DNA from: an uncultured Alphaproteobacteria bacterium
GTDB lineage: Bacteria; Electryoneota; RPQS01
Assembly: GCA_964530625.1 (NCBI GenBank)
Contig: CAZHAK010000012.1
Coordinates: 8,654-72,653, forward strand
Length of the DNA: 64,000 nt
Reading direction: 5' to 3'
A program made the position numbers and the translations under genes. Of this stretch, positions 20,320-33,333 are shown one piece after another (within the stretch, counting starts at the first letter, position 1; each line of letters opens with the position of its first letter). The notes beneath the pieces were generated by a model that saw nothing but the letters and a program-made list of their open reading frames with translations, was not told the origin of the DNA and ran no database searches.

Positions 20320-20942
20320 CAGGTCAACTTCCCAACGATTACGATGCCATGATTCGGGCCGGGAATAGCTCCGCGGATCATGATCAAATTGGCATCCGCA
20401 TCCACGCGAATGACCTTCAGATTCTTGACAGTGACACGATCCGCACCCATTCGGCCCGGCATTCTCACGCCCGGCAGAGTACGACCCGGAAAGGTGTTAG
20501 AACCAATGGAACCACCGTGACGAAAGAACTCGTGCGTACCGTGCGTCATTGGCGGACGATGAAACTTATGGCGCTTGATCACGCCGGCAAAACCGCGGCC
20601 CTTAGAGGTGCCGACGACCTGCACTTTTTCACCCACGGTAAAGAGATCGCAACTGATAGAGTCGCCGACTTTCTTGCCTTCGACGGCCATATCCCGGAAC
20701 TCGCGTTCGTAGGTAGGCGCCGTGATCCCAAGATGCTTGTAATGTCCTTTTTGCGGCATGCGCACGAGTTTATCGCGCTTCTGACCGTAGCCGAGACACA
20801 TGGCGGTATAGCCGTGCTTATCGACGGTGCGGACGTTAGTGATTTGGTTGGGTCCGAGTTCAATGACGGTTACCGGAATAACGGCGCCCTTTTCATCAAA
20901 CACACGGGACATACCCACTTTTTTGCCAATCAGGCCTGTCAT
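20319..20942 (-). CDS. rplC: 50S ribosomal protein L3.
   Basis: [19 protein letters not shown]... Confidence 0.9.
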   Translation of the reverse strand: MTGLIGKKVGMSRVFDEKGAVIPVTVIELGPNQITNVRTVDKHGYTAMCLGYGQKRDKLVRMPQKGHYKHLGITAPTYEREFRDMAVEGKKVGDSISCDLFTVGEKVQVVGTSKGRGFAGVIKRHKFHRPPMTHGTHEFFRHGGSIGSNTFPGRTLPGVRMPGRMGADRVTVKNLKVIRVDADANLIMIRGAIPGPNHGIVIVGKLT

Positions 20943-21250
20943 GTCTTGATCTCGATGTCAACACCCGCCGGAAGCTCGATACGAATCAACGCGTCGATGG
21001 TCTTAGGCGAGGAATTATGGATGTCGATGAGACGCTTATGAATTCTCGTCTCAAACTGTTCACGTGATTTTTTATCCGCGTGCGGCGACCGATTTACGGT
21101 GAAAAGGCTGCGTCGCGTGGGCAAAGGAATCGGACCGGAGATAACCGCGCCCGTTTGTTTTGCCGTTTGGATAATTTTTTCGGTTGATTTGTCGATCAAG
21201 TTATGATCGTAACTTTTCAGCCGAATCCGAATGGAGGATTGTTGTGCCAT
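20939..21250 (-). CDS. rpsJ: 30S ribosomal protein S10.
   Basis: [23 protein letters not shown]... Confidence 0.9.
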   Translation of the reverse strand: MAQQSSIRIRLKSYDHNLIDKSTEKIIQTAKQTGAVISGPIPLPTRRSLFTVNRSPHADKKSREQFETRIHKRLIDIHNSSPKTIDALIRIELPAGVDIEIKT

Positions 21251-21285
21251 GCCTGAGGTGGGGTTTTATGCGGATCGGCGGTAGG

Positions 21286-23391
21286 TCAGCGCTTCTCGAG
21301 AATCTTTTCCGAGATGGACTTGGGCACTTCCATGAAGTGGTCAAACTGCATGGAGAAGATTGCGCGGCCCTGAGTCAACGAACGCAGGCTGGTCGCATAA
21401 CCGAACATTTCCGAAAGGGGAACCATAGCGTTGACGACCTGTCCGTCGGCACGGGGATGCATATCCTGAATCCGGCCACGGCGCGAGTTGATATCGCCGA
21501 CGACATTACCTAAATACGAATCGGGGGTAACAACTTCGACCTTCATGATCGGCTCCATCAGCGCGGGGTTGCCTTTCTTGACGGCTTCTTTCAAAGCCAT
21601 GCCACCGCAAATCTTGAAGGCCATTTCATTTGAGTCAACTTCGTGGTAGGAACCGTCCACAAGTTCAACCTTAACATCCATGATCGGGTAGCCCGCGAGT
21701 GGGCCGTTGCTCATAGCTTCTTCCATACCTTTGTGCAAGGCAGGAACGTATTCCTTGGGAATCGCGCCGCCGACGATCTTATTTTCAAAAATCAAACCGC
21801 TGCCCGGAGGACCGGGCTCAACGTTGATCACGCAATGGGCGAACTGACCACGGCCGCCCGACTGCTTGACAAACTTATGGTTAACCGTACTGGCCTGGCG
21901 GATACACTCTTTGTACGAAACTTGCGGAGCGCCGACGATAGCCTCTACTTTGAATTCGCGCAACAGGCGATCCACCAGGATTTCCAGATGCAACTCACCC
22001 ATACCTGCGATAATTGTCTGACCAGTTTCCTCGTTGAACTTCACAATGAAAGTGGGATCTTCTTCAGCCAAACGACCAAGGGATTCAGAAATTCTATCCT
22101 GATCGGCACGGGTCTTCGGTTCAATCGCAATTTCAATTACAGGCGTCGGGAAGTCCATCTTTTCGAGCAGAATCGGCGACTTCGGATCACACAGGGTATC
22201 CCCTGTGCGCACGTCTTTCAATCCGACGACGGCACAAATATCACCTGCGGACACCGCTTGCATTTCTTCGCGCTTATCAGCGAACATGCGGACGATTCGC
22301 GAGATGCGCTCGCGCTTGTCACGGGTCGAGTTGTAGATAGCGGAACCAGCGTCCAGTTTGCCGGCGTACACACGAACAAAAGTCAAACGGCCCACATAAG
22401 GATCCGTCATTATTTTGAACGCCAACGCTGAGAAAGGTTCATTAACATCCGGTTGACGAAGCAGTTCTTCTTCCGTGTTGGGATTGATACCCTTCACAGC
22501 GCCGATGTCAAGCGGCGACGGCAGAAGATCTACAATGGAATCGAGCAGCTTTTGCACGCCCTTGTTCTTGAATGAGGCTCCGCACAAGACGGGGAAACAC
22601 TTCAAAGAAATTGTCGCTTTGCGCAACGCCGCCATGATCTCTTCAGCTAAAAGAGGTTCCCCGGCGAGGAACTTCTCAAGCAAATGATCATCAAACTCAG
22701 CCACCGATTCGAGCAGCTTTTCACGCCAGTGATTGGCAATGTCAAACATGTCTTTCGGGACATCAAATTCCTCGAAATGCAGGCCGTGGGAATCTTCCAC
22801 CCAAACAATTGACTTGAAAGAAACAAGATCAATAATCCCTTGGAACATATCCGCCGAGCCCATAGGAATAGTGACGGGAACCGGGTTCGCATGAAGCTGT
22901 GTCTTGATCATTTCGACCGCGCGGAAGAAATCTGCTCCGGCGCGATCCATCTTGTTCACAAAACAGATGCGAGGAACTTTGTAGCGGTTAGCCTGACGCC
23001 AAACCGTTTCCGACTGCGGCTCGACACCACCAACGGCGCAGAACAATGCGACGGCTCCGTCCAAGACGCGCAGACTGCGCTCGACTTCGACAGTAAAGTC
23101 CACGTGGCCGGGAGTATCAATGATATTGATCCGGTGATCGCGCCATTCGCACGTGGTCGCCGCGGACGTAATCGTGATCCCGCGCTCTTTTTCCTGCTCC
23201 ATCCAGTCCATAGTCGCGCCGCCTTCATGGACTTCACCCATGCGGTGGAGACGGCCTGTATAGTACAGGATACGCTCCGTCGTAGTCGTCTTCCCGGCGT
23301 CAATATGGGCCATAATGCCGATATTGCGCGTGCGAGTCAGATCAACAGAGGATTCTACTTTATTCTTGGTTTCTGTAGCAGTCGAGGACAC
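21286..23391 (-). CDS. fusA: Elongation factor G.
   Basis: [16 protein letters not shown]1 motif. 701 aa. Confidence 0.9.
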   Translation of the reverse strand: MSSTATETKNKVESSVDLTRTRNIGIMAHIDAGKTTTTERILYYTGRLHRMGEVHEGGATMDWMEQEKERGITITSAATTCEWRDHRINIIDTPGHVDFTVEVERSLRVLDGAVALFCAVGGVEPQSETVWRQANRYKVPRICFVNKMDRAGADFFRAVEMIKTQLHANPVPVTIPMGSADMFQGIIDLVSFKSIVWVEDSHGLHFEEFDVPKDMFDIANHWREKLLESVAEFDDHLLEKFLAGEPLLAEEIMAALRKATISLKCFPVLCGASFKNKGVQKLLDSIVDLLPSPLDIGAVKGINPNTEEELLRQPDVNEPFSALAFKIMTDPYVGRLTFVRVYAGKLDAGSAIYNSTRDKRERISRIVRMFADKREEMQAVSAGDICAVVGLKDVRTGDTLCDPKSPILLEKMDFPTPVIEIAIEPKTRADQDRISESLGRLAEEDPTFIVKFNEETGQTIIAGMGELHLEILVDRLLREFKVEAIVGAPQVSYKECIRQASTVNHKFVKQSGGRGQFAHCVINVEPGPPGSGLIFENKIVGGAIPKEYVPALHKGMEEAMSNGPLAGYPIMDVKVELVDGSYHEVDSNEMAFKICGGMALKEAVKKGNPALMEPIMKVEVVTPDSYLGNVVGDINSRRGRIQDMHPRADGQVVNAMVPLSEMFGYATSLRSLTQGRAIFSMQFDHFMEVPKSISEKILEKR

Positions 23392-23434
23392 TATTGGTTC
23401 ACCGTTGTCAATTCAAATTCACAGATTGCAAATA

Positions 23435-23905
23435 TTACCATCTAAAATGGGCGAAGGCCTTGTTGGCTTCGGCCATTTTGTGCGTATCTTCTTTTTTCTT
23501 GACGGAGTTGCCTTCGCCTTTGGCGGCGGCAATCAATTCTCCAGCAAGCTTTTCAGCCATCGTCTTTTCACCTCGTGACTTCGAATAAGAAATCAGCCAG
23601 CGGATGGCAAGCGCCTGGCGACGGGAGGGGTTCACTTCAACAGGCACCTGATAGGTCGCACCACCGACTCGGCGACTCTTGACCTCGACGACCGGGGCAA
23701 CGTTTTTCATCGCCTTGACGAAAATTTCCAGCGGGTCGCTCTTAGCCTTGGTTTGAATAATATCAAACGCACCATAGAACATACGCTCGGCGATAGACCG
23801 CTTGCCGCGACGCAACAAACCATTGATGAAACACGCGACCTGCAACGATCCAAATTTGGGATCAGCAGGGACTTCGCGGTCGAATATTCTTTTACGACGT
23901 GGCAT
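23435..23905 (-). CDS. rpsG: 30S ribosomal protein S7.
   Basis: [20 protein letters not shown]... Confidence 0.9.
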   Translation of the reverse strand: MPRRKRIFDREVPADPKFGSLQVACFINGLLRRGKRSIAERMFYGAFDIIQTKAKSDPLEIFVKAMKNVAPVVEVKSRRVGGATYQVPVEVNPSRRQALAIRWLISYSKSRGEKTMAEKLAGELIAAAKGEGNSVKKKEDTHKMAEANKAFAHFRW

Positions 23906-23925
23906 AGTTCAATTACGCTTTTCGA

Positions 23926-24321
23926 CTACTTCTTGCCTTTGCCAGCGGCAACGGTTTTCTTTTTCGTGCCATATTTCGAGCGGCCTTGTTTACGGCCATC
24001 CACACCCGCAGTATCCAAAATTCCACGAATAATGTGATAACGCACGCCCGGTAGATCCTTGACGCGTCCTCCGCGAATCATCACGAGCGAGTGTTCTTGC
24101 AAGTTGTGACCTTCGCCGGGGATATAGGCGGTCACAACAATCCCGTTCGTGAGCTTCACACGTGCGACCTTGCGAAGAGCCGAATTTGGCTTTTTCGGGG
24201 TGGTCGTGTAGACACGAGTGCAGACACCACGGCGCTGCGGGCAGTTCATTAAAGCCGGTGAAGACGACTTAAACTTGATTGCTTCGCGGCCTGAACGGAT
24301 GAGTTGTTGTATTGTGGGCAC
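23926..24321 (-). CDS. rpsL: 30S ribosomal protein S12.
   Basis: [13 protein letters not shown]... Confidence 0.9.
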   Translation of the reverse strand: MPTIQQLIRSGREAIKFKSSSPALMNCPQRRGVCTRVYTTTPKKPNSALRKVARVKLTNGIVVTAYIPGEGHNLQEHSLVMIRGGRVKDLPGVRYHIIRGILDTAGVDGRKQGRSKYGTKKKTVAAGKGKK

Positions 24322-24353
24322 GTTTCGAGGAAAATTTGATGCGTAGATTGGCT

Positions 24354-24382
24354 AATGTAATAAACCGCGCTTGGAAAGTCAA
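24354..24382 (-). promoter_or_regulatory. Sigma70-like promoter for the str/S10 gene block: TTGACT, 17-nt spacer, TACATT.
   Basis: Read on the minus strand. -35 at 24382-24377, -10 at 24359-24354, spacer exactly 17 nt. Confidence 0.5.
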
Positions 24383-24387
24383 GTCTT

Positions 24388-24428
24388 TGGAAAACAGACC
24401 CCGGGCGGCCTGAAAGCCGCCTGGGGTC
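24388..24428 (-). terminator. GC-rich hairpin plus TGTTTT immediately downstream of rpoC. Terminator or attenuator between rpoC and rpsL.
   Basis: Inverted repeat gaccccaggcggc / ggccgcccggggtc followed by a T-run on the minus strand. Confidence 0.5.
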
Positions 24429-24468
24429 CGGACAAACATTTAATAGCAGAAAAAACAGTAGCTTCTGA

Positions 24469-27400
24469 TTATTCCTGCGGAATTGGTGGCGTTGAATCCT
24501 GAGTTGCCGCCTCGCCTAAGTCCTCCTCCAAGCCTCCAGCTCTATGCTCAAGACTGTGCATAAGTTCGGACATTTCGATGCGGAAATCCCGGGCCAATTC
24601 CTCCTCTTCTTCCTCGGGTCTGACAATCTCAATCTTGGAGTATTTGTTCAGTCCGGTTCCAGCAGGAATCAGGTGACCTAAGATCACGTTTTCCTTAAGA
24701 CCGGCCAAGGTATCCACTTTATTTGCAATGGCGGCGTCAGTCAGCACGCTGGTCGTCTGCTGGAAACTGGCGGCGGAAATAAAGCTGTCCGTGGACAAGC
24801 TGGCCTGGGTGATGCCCAGCAACACGGGTGAGTAGGTCGCTGGCCGCGCGGCACGGGACTTACCGGTATCACCACCGTCGGCTTTGATCGCCCGGTTAGC
24901 ACGATTGAATTCCGTCTTCTCCAGAATCTGGCCGAGCTTAAAGTCGGACGCTCCGACGTCCTCGACAACCACTTTGGCTACAAGCAGCTCATTTTCGCGT
25001 GTGAATTTGATGCGGTCAACGTGGTCACCTTCAAGATGGCGGGTGTCGCCTGGATCGTCAATCCGCACTTTCTGGAGCATCTGCCGCACGATCACTTCAA
25101 TGTGCTTATCGTTGATCGACACGCCCTGCGAGCGATAGACTTCCTGGATCTCTTTCGCGAGATATTCCTGTACACGATTCGGTCCTTGAATAGCGAGAAT
25201 ATCATGCGGCGCGACAGATCCTTCCGTAATTTTTTCGCCTGCGGACACGCGGTCATGGTCATGCACGAGAATGTGCTTGCCATAGGGCACCGCATAGTTT
25301 TTCGAGACTGAACCGTCTTCCGAAGTCACCGTCACGACACGCACGCCGCGCTTCAAACCGCCGAAGCGAACGACGCCGTCAATTTCAGTCACAATCGCCG
25401 GGTCTTTCGGCTTACGAGCTTCAAAGAGTTCGGTTACACGCGGCAGACCACCGGTGATGTCACGAATTGCTTGCGATTTACGCGGCATCTTGGCTAACGG
25501 ATCACCTATCTTAACGGACATCCCTTCTTCGACCAACAAGTGAGCGCCGATTGGCAGCACATGATTGGCCAGACGATTGCCCTCTTCATCAACGATCAGA
25601 ATGTGCGGGTTCATTTTACGATCACGGGACTCTATGATCATCTTATGTTTCATACCCGTGGCCTCGTCCACGTCCTCGTGGAAAGTCAGATCCTGCTTAA
25701 TATCAATGAAGTGCAGCTTGCCGGATCTGGACGCCAGAATCGAATCCGCATAAGGATCCCACTCGAACAGCAAGTGTCCAGCCTTGACGACTTCTCCTTC
25801 TTCAACATAAACATGAGCGCCGTACGGCAGTTTGTAGCGGGCGACCTGACGGTTATTGTCGTCGAGTAGTTTGATGGTCGCGCTGCGGCGGATTGAAATA
25901 CGTGTGCCGTCTTCCCGCTGAATGAAGTCCACGTTTTCAAAGACCACACGGCCCGGCTTCTTGGCGATTCGCTGAGACTCTGATACATCGCGGGACGCAG
26001 CACCTCCGATATGAAACGTACGAAGTGTCAGCTGCGTGCCCGGCTCGCCGACCGACTGAGCGGCCATCACACCGACGGCTTCACCCATATCCACCATGCG
26101 GCCCGTGGCCAAATTAATGCCGTAACAACGGGCACAGATACCGCGCGTACTTTCACAGGTCAGCACGGACCGTATCCGCAGATGAGTAATCCCGGCCTTC
26201 GCGAGATGGTTTGCTTCCTCTTCACGAACAAGAGTGTTCACATCAAGAATTTTTTCGTTCGTCACGGGATCAAACACGTCGTCGGCCAAAACACGGCCCA
26301 TGACTCGTTCGTGCAATTGCTCGGTGACTTCCTCGCCTTCCTGCACTTCTTCGAGCAAAATGCCGCGCAAAGTGCCACAATCGAACTCGCGCACGATGAC
26401 ATCCTGCGCTACGTCCACGAGACGACGGGTGAGATACCCTGCGTCCGCCGTCTTGAGCGCGGTATCGGCCAACCCTTTACGCGCGCCGTGAGTTGAAATA
26501 AAGTACTCGAGCACGGTCAAACCTTCTTTGAAGTTTGCCGTAATCGGGCTTTCGATAATTTCACCCTTCTGGCCAGTCAAAGACTTCTGCGGCTTAGCCA
26601 TCAACCCACGCATCCCCGCCAATTGGCGAATCTGTTCCTTGGAACCACGAGCACCCGAGTCGGCCATCATAAAGACCGAATTGAAACCGTCTTTCGAGTC
26701 ACGCAGTTTCGCGAACATCACCTCGGCAATATCAGTACTCGTGTGGGTCCAGATGTCGATGATTTTGTTGTAGCGCTCGCCGTCAGTGATAATACCGTCT
26801 TCGTACTGGCCCTGCACTTCATCAACCTTTTTATAGGCCGCTTGGATCAGGCGATCTTTTTCCGGTGGGATTTCGATGTCTACCAAGCCGATGGAGATGC
26901 CCGAGCCCGTGGCACTTTCAAATCCGAGCTTCTTCAAGTTATCAAGGAAGACGGACGTGTCAGCGATACCCACGGTCTGCACGCAGTAGTAGATAATTTC
27001 TTCAATGCGCTTCTTGGCCAGCATCTCATTGAAATAGCGCTTGGAAGTGACGCCGATCGGTAGAATCTGATTGAAGATCACGCGGCCGACGGTGGTTTCA
27101 ATCAAGCGCTCGCCGATACGCATCAGAATCACAGTGTGCAGGCCGATCCGCCCGTCATTGTGCGCCGCGATAATTTCCGACGGTCCAGAAAACACCTTTC
27201 CTTGAAACGGCTCGCCAAGCTTGCGCTTGGTCAAGTAATAGAGACCAAGCACCATGTCCTGATGGGGAACGGTGATCGGGCGTCCGTTGGCGGGATGCAA
27301 AATGTTGTTGCACGCGAGCATCAGCAAGCGCGCTTCAATCTGCGCTTCAAACGACAACGGTACGTGAACCGCCATCTGGTCACCGTCAAAGTCAGCGTTA

Positions 27401-28800
27401 AAAGCCTGACACACGAGCGGATGCAAACGAATCGCCTTGCCTTCGATCAGCAGCGGCTGAAACGCTTGGATTCCCAATCTGTGCAAGGTCGGTGCGCGAT
27501 TCAAAAGAACCGGATGGTCCTGAATAATTTCTTCCAGAATCGCCCAAACTTCGTCCGTCTTGCGCTCAACTAATCGCTTAGCAGATTTGACTGTTTTTGC
27601 ATATTCGTATTCGATCAGCTTGCGGATGATGAAGGGCTTGAAGAGCTCGACCGCCATTTCTTTCGGGAGGCCACACTCGTGCAATTTCAATTCAGGCCCG
27701 ACGACAATCACCGAACGGCCAGAATAGTCGACGCGCTTCCCGAGCAGGTTCTGCCGGAAGCGGCCTTGTTTACCCTTCAAGTTGTCGGACAAGCTCTTAA
27801 GCGGGCGATTACCATCCGACCTCACGGCCACGGACTTACGTCCGTTGTCAAAGAGCGAATCCACAGCTTCCTGCAACATGCGCTTTTCGTTGCGCAAAAT
27901 TACCTCAGGTGCGCGAATCTCTATCAATCGTTTCAAGCGATTGTTGCGGATAATCACGCGGCGATAGAGGTCATTTAAGTCAGAGGTTGCGAAGCGACCG
28001 CCTTCGAGCGGCACCAAGGGACGCAAGTCCGGCGGCACGACCGGCACGACGGACATGACCATCCAGTCGGGCTGATTGAGTTTGCCGTTTTCCGCTTGCT
28101 TGAACGACTCGATTACGCGTAATTTCTTAATCGCGTCGACTTTGCGCTGAGCGCTGGTTTCGACTTTGATTTGCGCGCGCAGTTCGATCGACAACTGATC
28201 CACGTCTTCAGATCCAAGCAGATCACGAATCGCGTCACCGCCCATTTTGGCGATGAAACGTTCTTCCGGCGGCAGGGCGTCCTGCGGTCCGAGTGCTTGC
28301 AATGTTTCAAGGTACTCGTTTTCTGACAACAAGTCCTTACGGCGCAAGTCTGCGCGGCCCGGTTGAATCACGCAATACGACTCGTAGTAGATGACCTGCT
28401 CAAGTTCGCGGGTGCTCATGTTCAGCACATACGAAATCTTCGACGGCAAACTACGGAAGTACCAGATGTGCACGACAGGCACGGCCAGCGAAATATGACC
28501 CATGCGCTTGCGGCGAACATCCTTCTTCGTGACCTCCACACCGCAACGATCGCACACGATGCCCTTGTAGCGAATGCCGCGATACTTACCGCAATGACAT
28601 TCCCAATCCTTGACGGGACCAAAAATTTTCTCGCAGAACAGACCGTCTTTTTCCGGTTTGTAACTACGATAGTTGATGGTCTCAGGCTTTGTGACTTCAC
28701 CGTGCGACCATGACAGAATCATGTCAGGCGAAGCAAGGCTGACAGAAATTTCGGAGTACCTGCGGGGTTCGTGCTCTGCAGCAGCAGCGAAATGCAGCAT
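24469..28800 (-). CDS. rpoC: DNA-directed RNA polymerase subunit beta-prime.
   Basis: [14 protein letters not shown] catalytic motif. 1443 aa. Confidence 0.95.
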   Translation of the reverse strand: MLHFAAAAEHEPRRYSEISVSLASPDMILSWSHGEVTKPETINYRSYKPEKDGLFCEKIFGPVKDWECHCGKYRGIRYKGIVCDRCGVEVTKKDVRRKRMGHISLAVPVVHIWYFRSLPSKISYVLNMSTRELEQVIYYESYCVIQPGRADLRRKDLLSENEYLETLQALGPQDALPPEERFIAKMGGDAIRDLLGSEDVDQLSIELRAQIKVETSAQRKVDAIKKLRVIESFKQAENGKLNQPDWMVMSVVPVVPPDLRPLVPLEGGRFATSDLNDLYRRVIIRNNRLKRLIEIRAPEVILRNEKRMLQEAVDSLFDNGRKSVAVRSDGNRPLKSLSDNLKGKQGRFRQNLLGKRVDYSGRSVIVVGPELKLHECGLPKEMAVELFKPFIIRKLIEYEYAKTVKSAKRLVERKTDEVWAILEEIIQDHPVLLNRAPTLHRLGIQAFQPLLIEGKAIRLHPLVCQAFNADFDGDQMAVHVPLSFEAQIEARLLMLACNNILHPANGRPITVPHQDMVLGLYYLTKRKLGEPFQGKVFSGPSEIIAAHNDGRIGLHTVILMRIGERLIETTVGRVIFNQILPIGVTSKRYFNEMLAKKRIEEIIYYCVQTVGIADTSVFLDNLKKLGFESATGSGISIGLVDIEIPPEKDRLIQAAYKKVDEVQGQYEDGIITDGERYNKIIDIWTHTSTDIAEVMFAKLRDSKDGFNSVFMMADSGARGSKEQIRQLAGMRGLMAKPQKSLTGQKGEIIESPITANFKEGLTVLEYFISTHGARKGLADTALKTADAGYLTRRLVDVAQDVIVREFDCGTLRGILLEEVQEGEEVTEQLHERVMGRVLADDVFDPVTNEKILDVNTLVREEEANHLAKAGITHLRIRSVLTCESTRGICARCYGINLATGRMVDMGEAVGVMAAQSVGEPGTQLTLRTFHIGGAASRDVSESQRIAKKPGRVVFENVDFIQREDGTRISIRRSATIKLLDDNNRQVARYKLPYGAHVYVEEGEVVKAGHLLFEWDPYADSILASRSGKLHFIDIKQDLTFHEDVDEATGMKHKMIIESRDRKMNPHILIVDEEGNRLANHVLPIGAHLLVEEGMSVKIGDPLAKMPRKSQAIRDITGGLPRVTELFEARKPKDPAIVTEIDGVVRFGGLKRGVRVVTVTSEDGSVSKNYAVPYGKHILVHDHDRVSAGEKITEGSVAPHDILAIQGPNRVQEYLAKEIQEVYRSQGVSINDKHIEVIVRQMLQKVRIDDPGDTRHLEGDHVDRIKFTRENELLVAKVVVEDVGASDFKLGQILEKTEFNRANRAIKADGGDTGKSRAARPATYSPVLLGITQASLSTDSFISAASFQQTTSVLTDAAIANKVDTLAGLKENVILGHLIPAGTGLNKYSKIEIVRPEEEEEELARDFRIEMSELMHSLEHRAGGLEEDLGEAATQDSTPPIPQE

Positions 28801-28885
28801 TCATGGCTCCTTATTCTTATGATCGCGTTACCGCGACCGAAATTAACAACACATAAAAAACGAACGAAGCGAGCAGCGCAGAACG

Positions 28886-31800
28886 TTACTCGCGCAGATC
28901 CACGTCAATACCCAATCCGCGAAGTTCGTTCACAAGAACGTGGAACGATTCCGGAATACCTGGCGCGGGCAGATTGTCGCCTTTGACGATAGCTTCGTAG
29001 GTCCTCGCGCGACCGTTGATATCGTCCGACTTAATCGTAAGAATCTCTTGCAGGATGTGCGCGGCTCCGTAAGCTTCGAGCGCCCAGACTTCCATTTCTC
29101 CGAATCTCTGACCACCGAATTGCGCCTTGCCACCGAGCGGCTGCTGCGTAATCAAACTGTACGGTCCAATTGAACGCGCGTGGATTTTGTCGTCCACCAA
29201 ATGCGAAAGCTTCAGAACGTACATAAAGCCGACAGCGGTCTCCTCTTGGAAACGCACACCCGTGCGACCGTCAAAGAGATATGTCTTGCCATGCCGCGGC
29301 AGGCCAGCTCGATCCAGCCACTCTTCCACATCGGCGGTTTTCGCTCCGTCAAACACAGGCGTCGCGAAGTGTACACCGAGTCGGTGGGCAGCCCAGCCGA
29401 GAGTAGTTTCAAAAAGCTGGCCGATGTTCATACGAGAGGGAACCGACAGCGGATTCAGAATAATGTCAACAGGAGTTCCGTCCGACAGAAATGGCATGTC
29501 CTCAACGGGCACAACTTTACCGACGACGCCCTTGTTACCGTGGCGGCCTGCCATCTTATCGCCGACAGAGAGCTTACGTTTCTGTGCGACGTACACGCGC
29601 ACAAGTTGGACGATTCCGGGAGGAAGCTCGTCGCCGACTTCAATGCGGTAGCGCTCGTTTTTCAATTCAGTTTCATGCTCGAACAGGCGCTCGCGGAATT
29701 TGTCGAAGGACTGCGCGATCATCTCGTTTATGCCTTCGTTGCTGGTCCACTCAAAGCCGGATTCAATCCGATCCACATCCAAAGTTTGCAGCAGCGATTC
29801 CGTGAAGTTCGCGCCTTCGGAAACCATGATCTCAGTTTGATCACGGTCACGTATTTCGCGCGCTTTATGTCCACGCAACATCGAGTACAGCTCTTCCGCC
29901 AATTGCTTGCGCAGTCGTTGGCGTTCGCGCTCGTACTTTGCTTCCAAATCCTCGACGTGCTTCTTGTCTTCCTTGCGCGTTTTGGCGTCTTTCTTCTTGC
30001 GGCTGAACAGCTTGGTGTTAATCACAATACCGTACATACCAGTGTGCGCCTTGAGACTCGCGTCCTTAACATCGCCTGCCTTGTCTCCGAAGATGGCTTT
30101 AAGAAGCTTGTCTTCGGGAGTCAAATCGGTTTCGCCCTTCGGAGTCACCTTACCGACCAGTATATCTCCGGGCCTGACAATCGCGCCGATCCGAATCACG
30201 CCGATTTCGTCAATATTCCTGACCGCGTCTTCCGACACGTTGGGAATTTCACGAGTGAGTTCTTCTTCGCCGCGCTTGGTTTCGCGAACCTGAAGCTCAA
30301 GCTCTTCAATATTGATGGATGTGTAGACGTCGTCATACACAATGCGCTCGGAAACGATAATCGAGTCTTCAAAGTTGTAACCATGCCAGGGCATGAAGGC
30401 CACGAGAATATTACGACCCAAAGCAAGCTCACCGCGATCTGTGCCGCAACCATCAGCCAAAGTGGTTCCTGCTTTCACTTCATCGCCTTCCACCACGGAA
30501 GGCTTTTGATTGATGCAGGTATCCTGATTGGTGCGAACAAACTTTTTCAGTTTGTAGGTAATGGATTCAGGTTGCGAGACAGAGTTGCCTTCTTCATCAA
30601 CGGCCGGATTCGGACGGAAGATAATTTTGGTGCTGTCCACATACTCGACCACACCGTCACTTGGGGCCATAATCATGGTCCGTGAATCCACGGCAGCTTT
30701 GCGCTCCATGCCCGTGCCCACATAGGGAGCCTCAGGACGCAACAGCGGCACAGCCTGGCGCTGCATGTTCGATCCCATCAACGCACGGTTGGCGTCATCA
30801 TGCTCAAGGAATGGAATCAGCGCGGCAGCCACGGACACAATTTGCGAAGGCGCAACGTCCATGTATTCGATATTGTCCGGATGCGCCACGGGGAAATCGG
30901 CACGGTTTCGGCATTTCACGCGGTCCGTTTGGAATTCACCCTTTTGATTGATAGGCGTATTTGCCTGAGCAATCGTGACGCGATCCTCTTCGTCGGCGGA
31001 CAGGAACTTAATGGACTTGGTCACCTTGCTGCTCTTTACCGAGCGATATGGCGTTTCGACAAATCCCATTTCGTTGATCCGCGCGAACGTACACAAGGAC
31101 GAAATCAATCCGATATTCGGACCTTCAGGAGTTTCAATCGGGCAAAGACGGCCATAGTGAGTGTAATGGACGTCACGCACTTCAAAGCCTGCGCGCTCGC
31201 GCGTTAAACCGCCGGGGCCAAGCGCGGACAAGCGGCGTTTGTGCGTCAACTCGGTCAGCGGATTGACCATATCAAGAAACTGCGAAAGCTGATTGGTTCC
31301 GAAGAAACTGTTAATAACCGACGTAATCGTGCGGACGTTAATCAAGTCCTGCGGCGTCATGGCGTTCGCGTCGCGCAAATTCATGCGCTCCTTAATCGTG
31401 CGGGCCATACGTGACAGCGCCACGCTGAACTGGTTGGCGAGCTGTTCACCGACTGTACGCACGCGGCGATTGCCAAGGTGGTCGATATCGTCCGGCGCGG
31501 CACGACCCACGCGCAGTTTCAGCACGTGCTTCATAATCGCGACGATGTCTTCCGGCGTCAGCACGGCGCACTCGGGTGGCACGTTCAAGTCAAGCTTGTT
31601 GTTCAAACGATAGCGGCCTACGGCGCCGAGGTCGTAGCGTTTTTCATCAAAGAGCAAGCGCTCGAGGAACTTACGCGCGGTCTCGATATCCGGTGCGTCG
31701 CCGCTGCGTAATTCGCGGTAGATGACTTCCAACGCGTGATCCGTGGAACTCGACTTGTCCTTGTTCAAGGTGTTGATCAGGATGTCGTAAGACGTATCCT

Positions 31801-32665
31801 TCTTTTTCGGCTTGGACAAATCAACACTTTGCACACCGGCTTCGACCATCTTCGTCAGCAACTCGTCGGTCAACTCCGCTCCGGCGGTGGCGACCACTTC
31901 ACCGGTGGAAGAATTGACGGCGTCGGACACGAGCCTGCGTCCGACTTCCTTATTCAAATCCTTACGATTAGTCGGCACGGTTTCAACAAACCCGAACAGG
32001 TCAAGGATGTCGCGATTGGTTTGACTGCCCATCGCGCGCAAAAGCGTCGTGGCCGGGAATTTCTTGCGACGGTCAACATAGACGTTCAGTACGTCGTTGA
32101 TGTCGGTGGAAATTTCAATCCACGATCCGCGAAACGGAATGATGCGCGCGGAATAAATCTTCTTACCGTTGGGGTGCGTGTCTTCACCGAAGAACACACC
32201 GGGGCTGCGGTGAAGCTGCGACACAATCACCCGTTCGGCGCCGTTGATGATAAACGTGCCCGACGACGTCATTAGCGGCAGGTTGCCGAGATAGACGTCA
32301 CTTTCGATCGTTTGATCAAAAGAGCCGGCTTCGCTGGTTTCGTCGCGAGACGACAAACGCAGCTTCGCCTTCAGCGCAGCTTGAAACGTCACGCCGCGCT
32401 CGCGGCATTCGTCTTCTTCATATTTCGGACGTTCAACCGAATAATCAACATACTCGAGAATATGCGTCTCGCGATTGTCGATGATCGGAAAAATATTCCG
32501 GAACACCGCCTCAAGACCGTAAGCCCTGCGACGGTTAGGTGGCACATCAACCTGCAAAAAATCGCGGAAGCTCTTAAGCTGGACTTCGAGCAAGTCCGGC
32601 ATTTCATGAACTTCAGGAATCTTCGAGAAGTTGATGCGTTGAATGGTTCTCTGTGGATCGCGCAC
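28886..32665 (-). CDS. rpoB: DNA-directed RNA polymerase subunit beta.
   Basis: 1259 aa, typical RpoB motifs. Confidence 0.95.
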   Translation of the reverse strand: MRDPQRTIQRINFSKIPEVHEMPDLLEVQLKSFRDFLQVDVPPNRRRAYGLEAVFRNIFPIIDNRETHILEYVDYSVERPKYEEDECRERGVTFQAALKAKLRLSSRDETSEAGSFDQTIESDVYLGNLPLMTSSGTFIINGAERVIVSQLHRSPGVFFGEDTHPNGKKIYSARIIPFRGSWIEISTDINDVLNVYVDRRKKFPATTLLRAMGSQTNRDILDLFGFVETVPTNRKDLNKEVGRRLVSDAVNSSTGEVVATAGAELTDELLTKMVEAGVQSVDLSKPKKKDTSYDILINTLNKDKSSSTDHALEVIYRELRSGDAPDIETARKFLERLLFDEKRYDLGAVGRYRLNNKLDLNVPPECAVLTPEDIVAIMKHVLKLRVGRAAPDDIDHLGNRRVRTVGEQLANQFSVALSRMARTIKERMNLRDANAMTPQDLINVRTITSVINSFFGTNQLSQFLDMVNPLTELTHKRRLSALGPGGLTRERAGFEVRDVHYTHYGRLCPIETPEGPNIGLISSLCTFARINEMGFVETPYRSVKSSKVTKSIKFLSADEEDRVTIAQANTPINQKGEFQTDRVKCRNRADFPVAHPDNIEYMDVAPSQIVSVAAALIPFLEHDDANRALMGSNMQRQAVPLLRPEAPYVGTGMERKAAVDSRTMIMAPSDGVVEYVDSTKIIFRPNPAVDEEGNSVSQPESITYKLKKFVRTNQDTCINQKPSVVEGDEVKAGTTLADGCGTDRGELALGRNILVAFMPWHGYNFEDSIIVSERIVYDDVYTSINIEELELQVRETKRGEEELTREIPNVSEDAVRNIDEIGVIRIGAIVRPGDILVGKVTPKGETDLTPEDKLLKAIFGDKAGDVKDASLKAHTGMYGIVINTKLFSRKKKDAKTRKEDKKHVEDLEAKYERERQRLRKQLAEELYSMLRGHKAREIRDRDQTEIMVSEGANFTESLLQTLDVDRIESGFEWTSNEGINEMIAQSFDKFRERLFEHETELKNERYRIEVGDELPPGIVQLVRVYVAQKRKLSVGDKMAGRHGNKGVVGKVVPVEDMPFLSDGTPVDIILNPLSVPSRMNIGQLFETTLGWAAHRLGVHFATPVFDGAKTADVEEWLDRAGLPRHGKTYLFDGRTGVRFQEETAVGFMYVLKLSHLVDDKIHARSIGPYSLITQQPLGGKAQFGGQRFGEMEVWALEAYGAAHILQEILTIKSDDINGRARTYEAIVKGDNLPAPGIPESFHVLVNELRGLGIDVDLRE

Positions 32666-32854
32666 AAAAGGCTCCCTTAGAATACCAGCAATGAATCTCG
32701 ATTTAGCCTTGTTCAGTGATTTCGCAAATCGGGATGATTCAACACATTGAACCCGAAACTACGCGTAAAAACAAGGAAGTTTTGAGCTATACAAACAAGC
32801 TCTTAATAAACGCAAATTGCCAAGTCTGACTTCAGCGCATTGGCTGCGCGGAAG

Positions 32855-32890
32855 GGACTCGGCAACCCGAGACGAAAACTCGGGAAAGCG
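32855..32890 (-). promoter_or_regulatory. Hairpin (cccgag ttttcgt ctcggg) in the 250-nt rplL-rpoB spacer; attenuator-like, with no clear T-run.
   Basis: Inverted repeat seen directly. Its position is analogous to the E. coli rplL-rpoB attenuator. Confidence 0.3.
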
Positions 32891-32914
32891 CGGCGAAAGC
32901 AAGCGGCAAACGCC

Positions 32915-33283
32915 TTACTTAATTTCGACTTTGGCTCCCTGCTCTTCGAGCTTGGCCTTAACTTTGTCGGCTTCGTCTTTTGGCAGCGCTTCCTTGACGG
33001 TCTTCGGTGCGCCATCCACGAGGTCTTTCGCTTCCTTCAGGCCCAAGCCGGTCAATTCACGCACGACCTTAATGACCTGAATCTTCTGCGCGCCGGCTTC
33101 CATAAGCACGACGTCAAACTCGGTCTTCTCTTCTGCGGCGGCGGCCGGAGCGGCTCCACCCATCGGCATACCCATCATCATAGGGGCCGCGGCGGTAACG
33201 CCAAACTTGTCTTCCAATGCCTTCTTCAGCTCGACGAGCTCAAGGACGGTCATTTTTTCGATTGCTTCGATAATTTGTTGCAC
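32915..33283 (-). CDS. rplL: 50S ribosomal protein L7/L12.
   Basis: [29 protein letters not shown]... Confidence 0.9.
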   Translation of the reverse strand: MQQIIEAIEKMTVLELVELKKALEDKFGVTAAAPMMMGMPMGGAAPAAAAEEKTEFDVVLMEAGAQKIQVIKVVRELTGLGLKEAKDLVDGAPKTVKEALPKDEADKVKAKLEEQGAKVEIK

Positions 33284-33333
33284 GGTTGGTCTCCGTTATG
33301 GTTTGTTAAATTCTCTTGTGAAAAGGAAATGCG

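Noticed and set aside
21250-21286. Possible missing tufA after fusA (deletion or misassembly).
   Set aside because: The fusA-rpsJ junction is only 35 nt and clean. A single tuf upstream of secE, with the str operon running straight into S10, is a known lineage-typical arrangement rather than a lesion.
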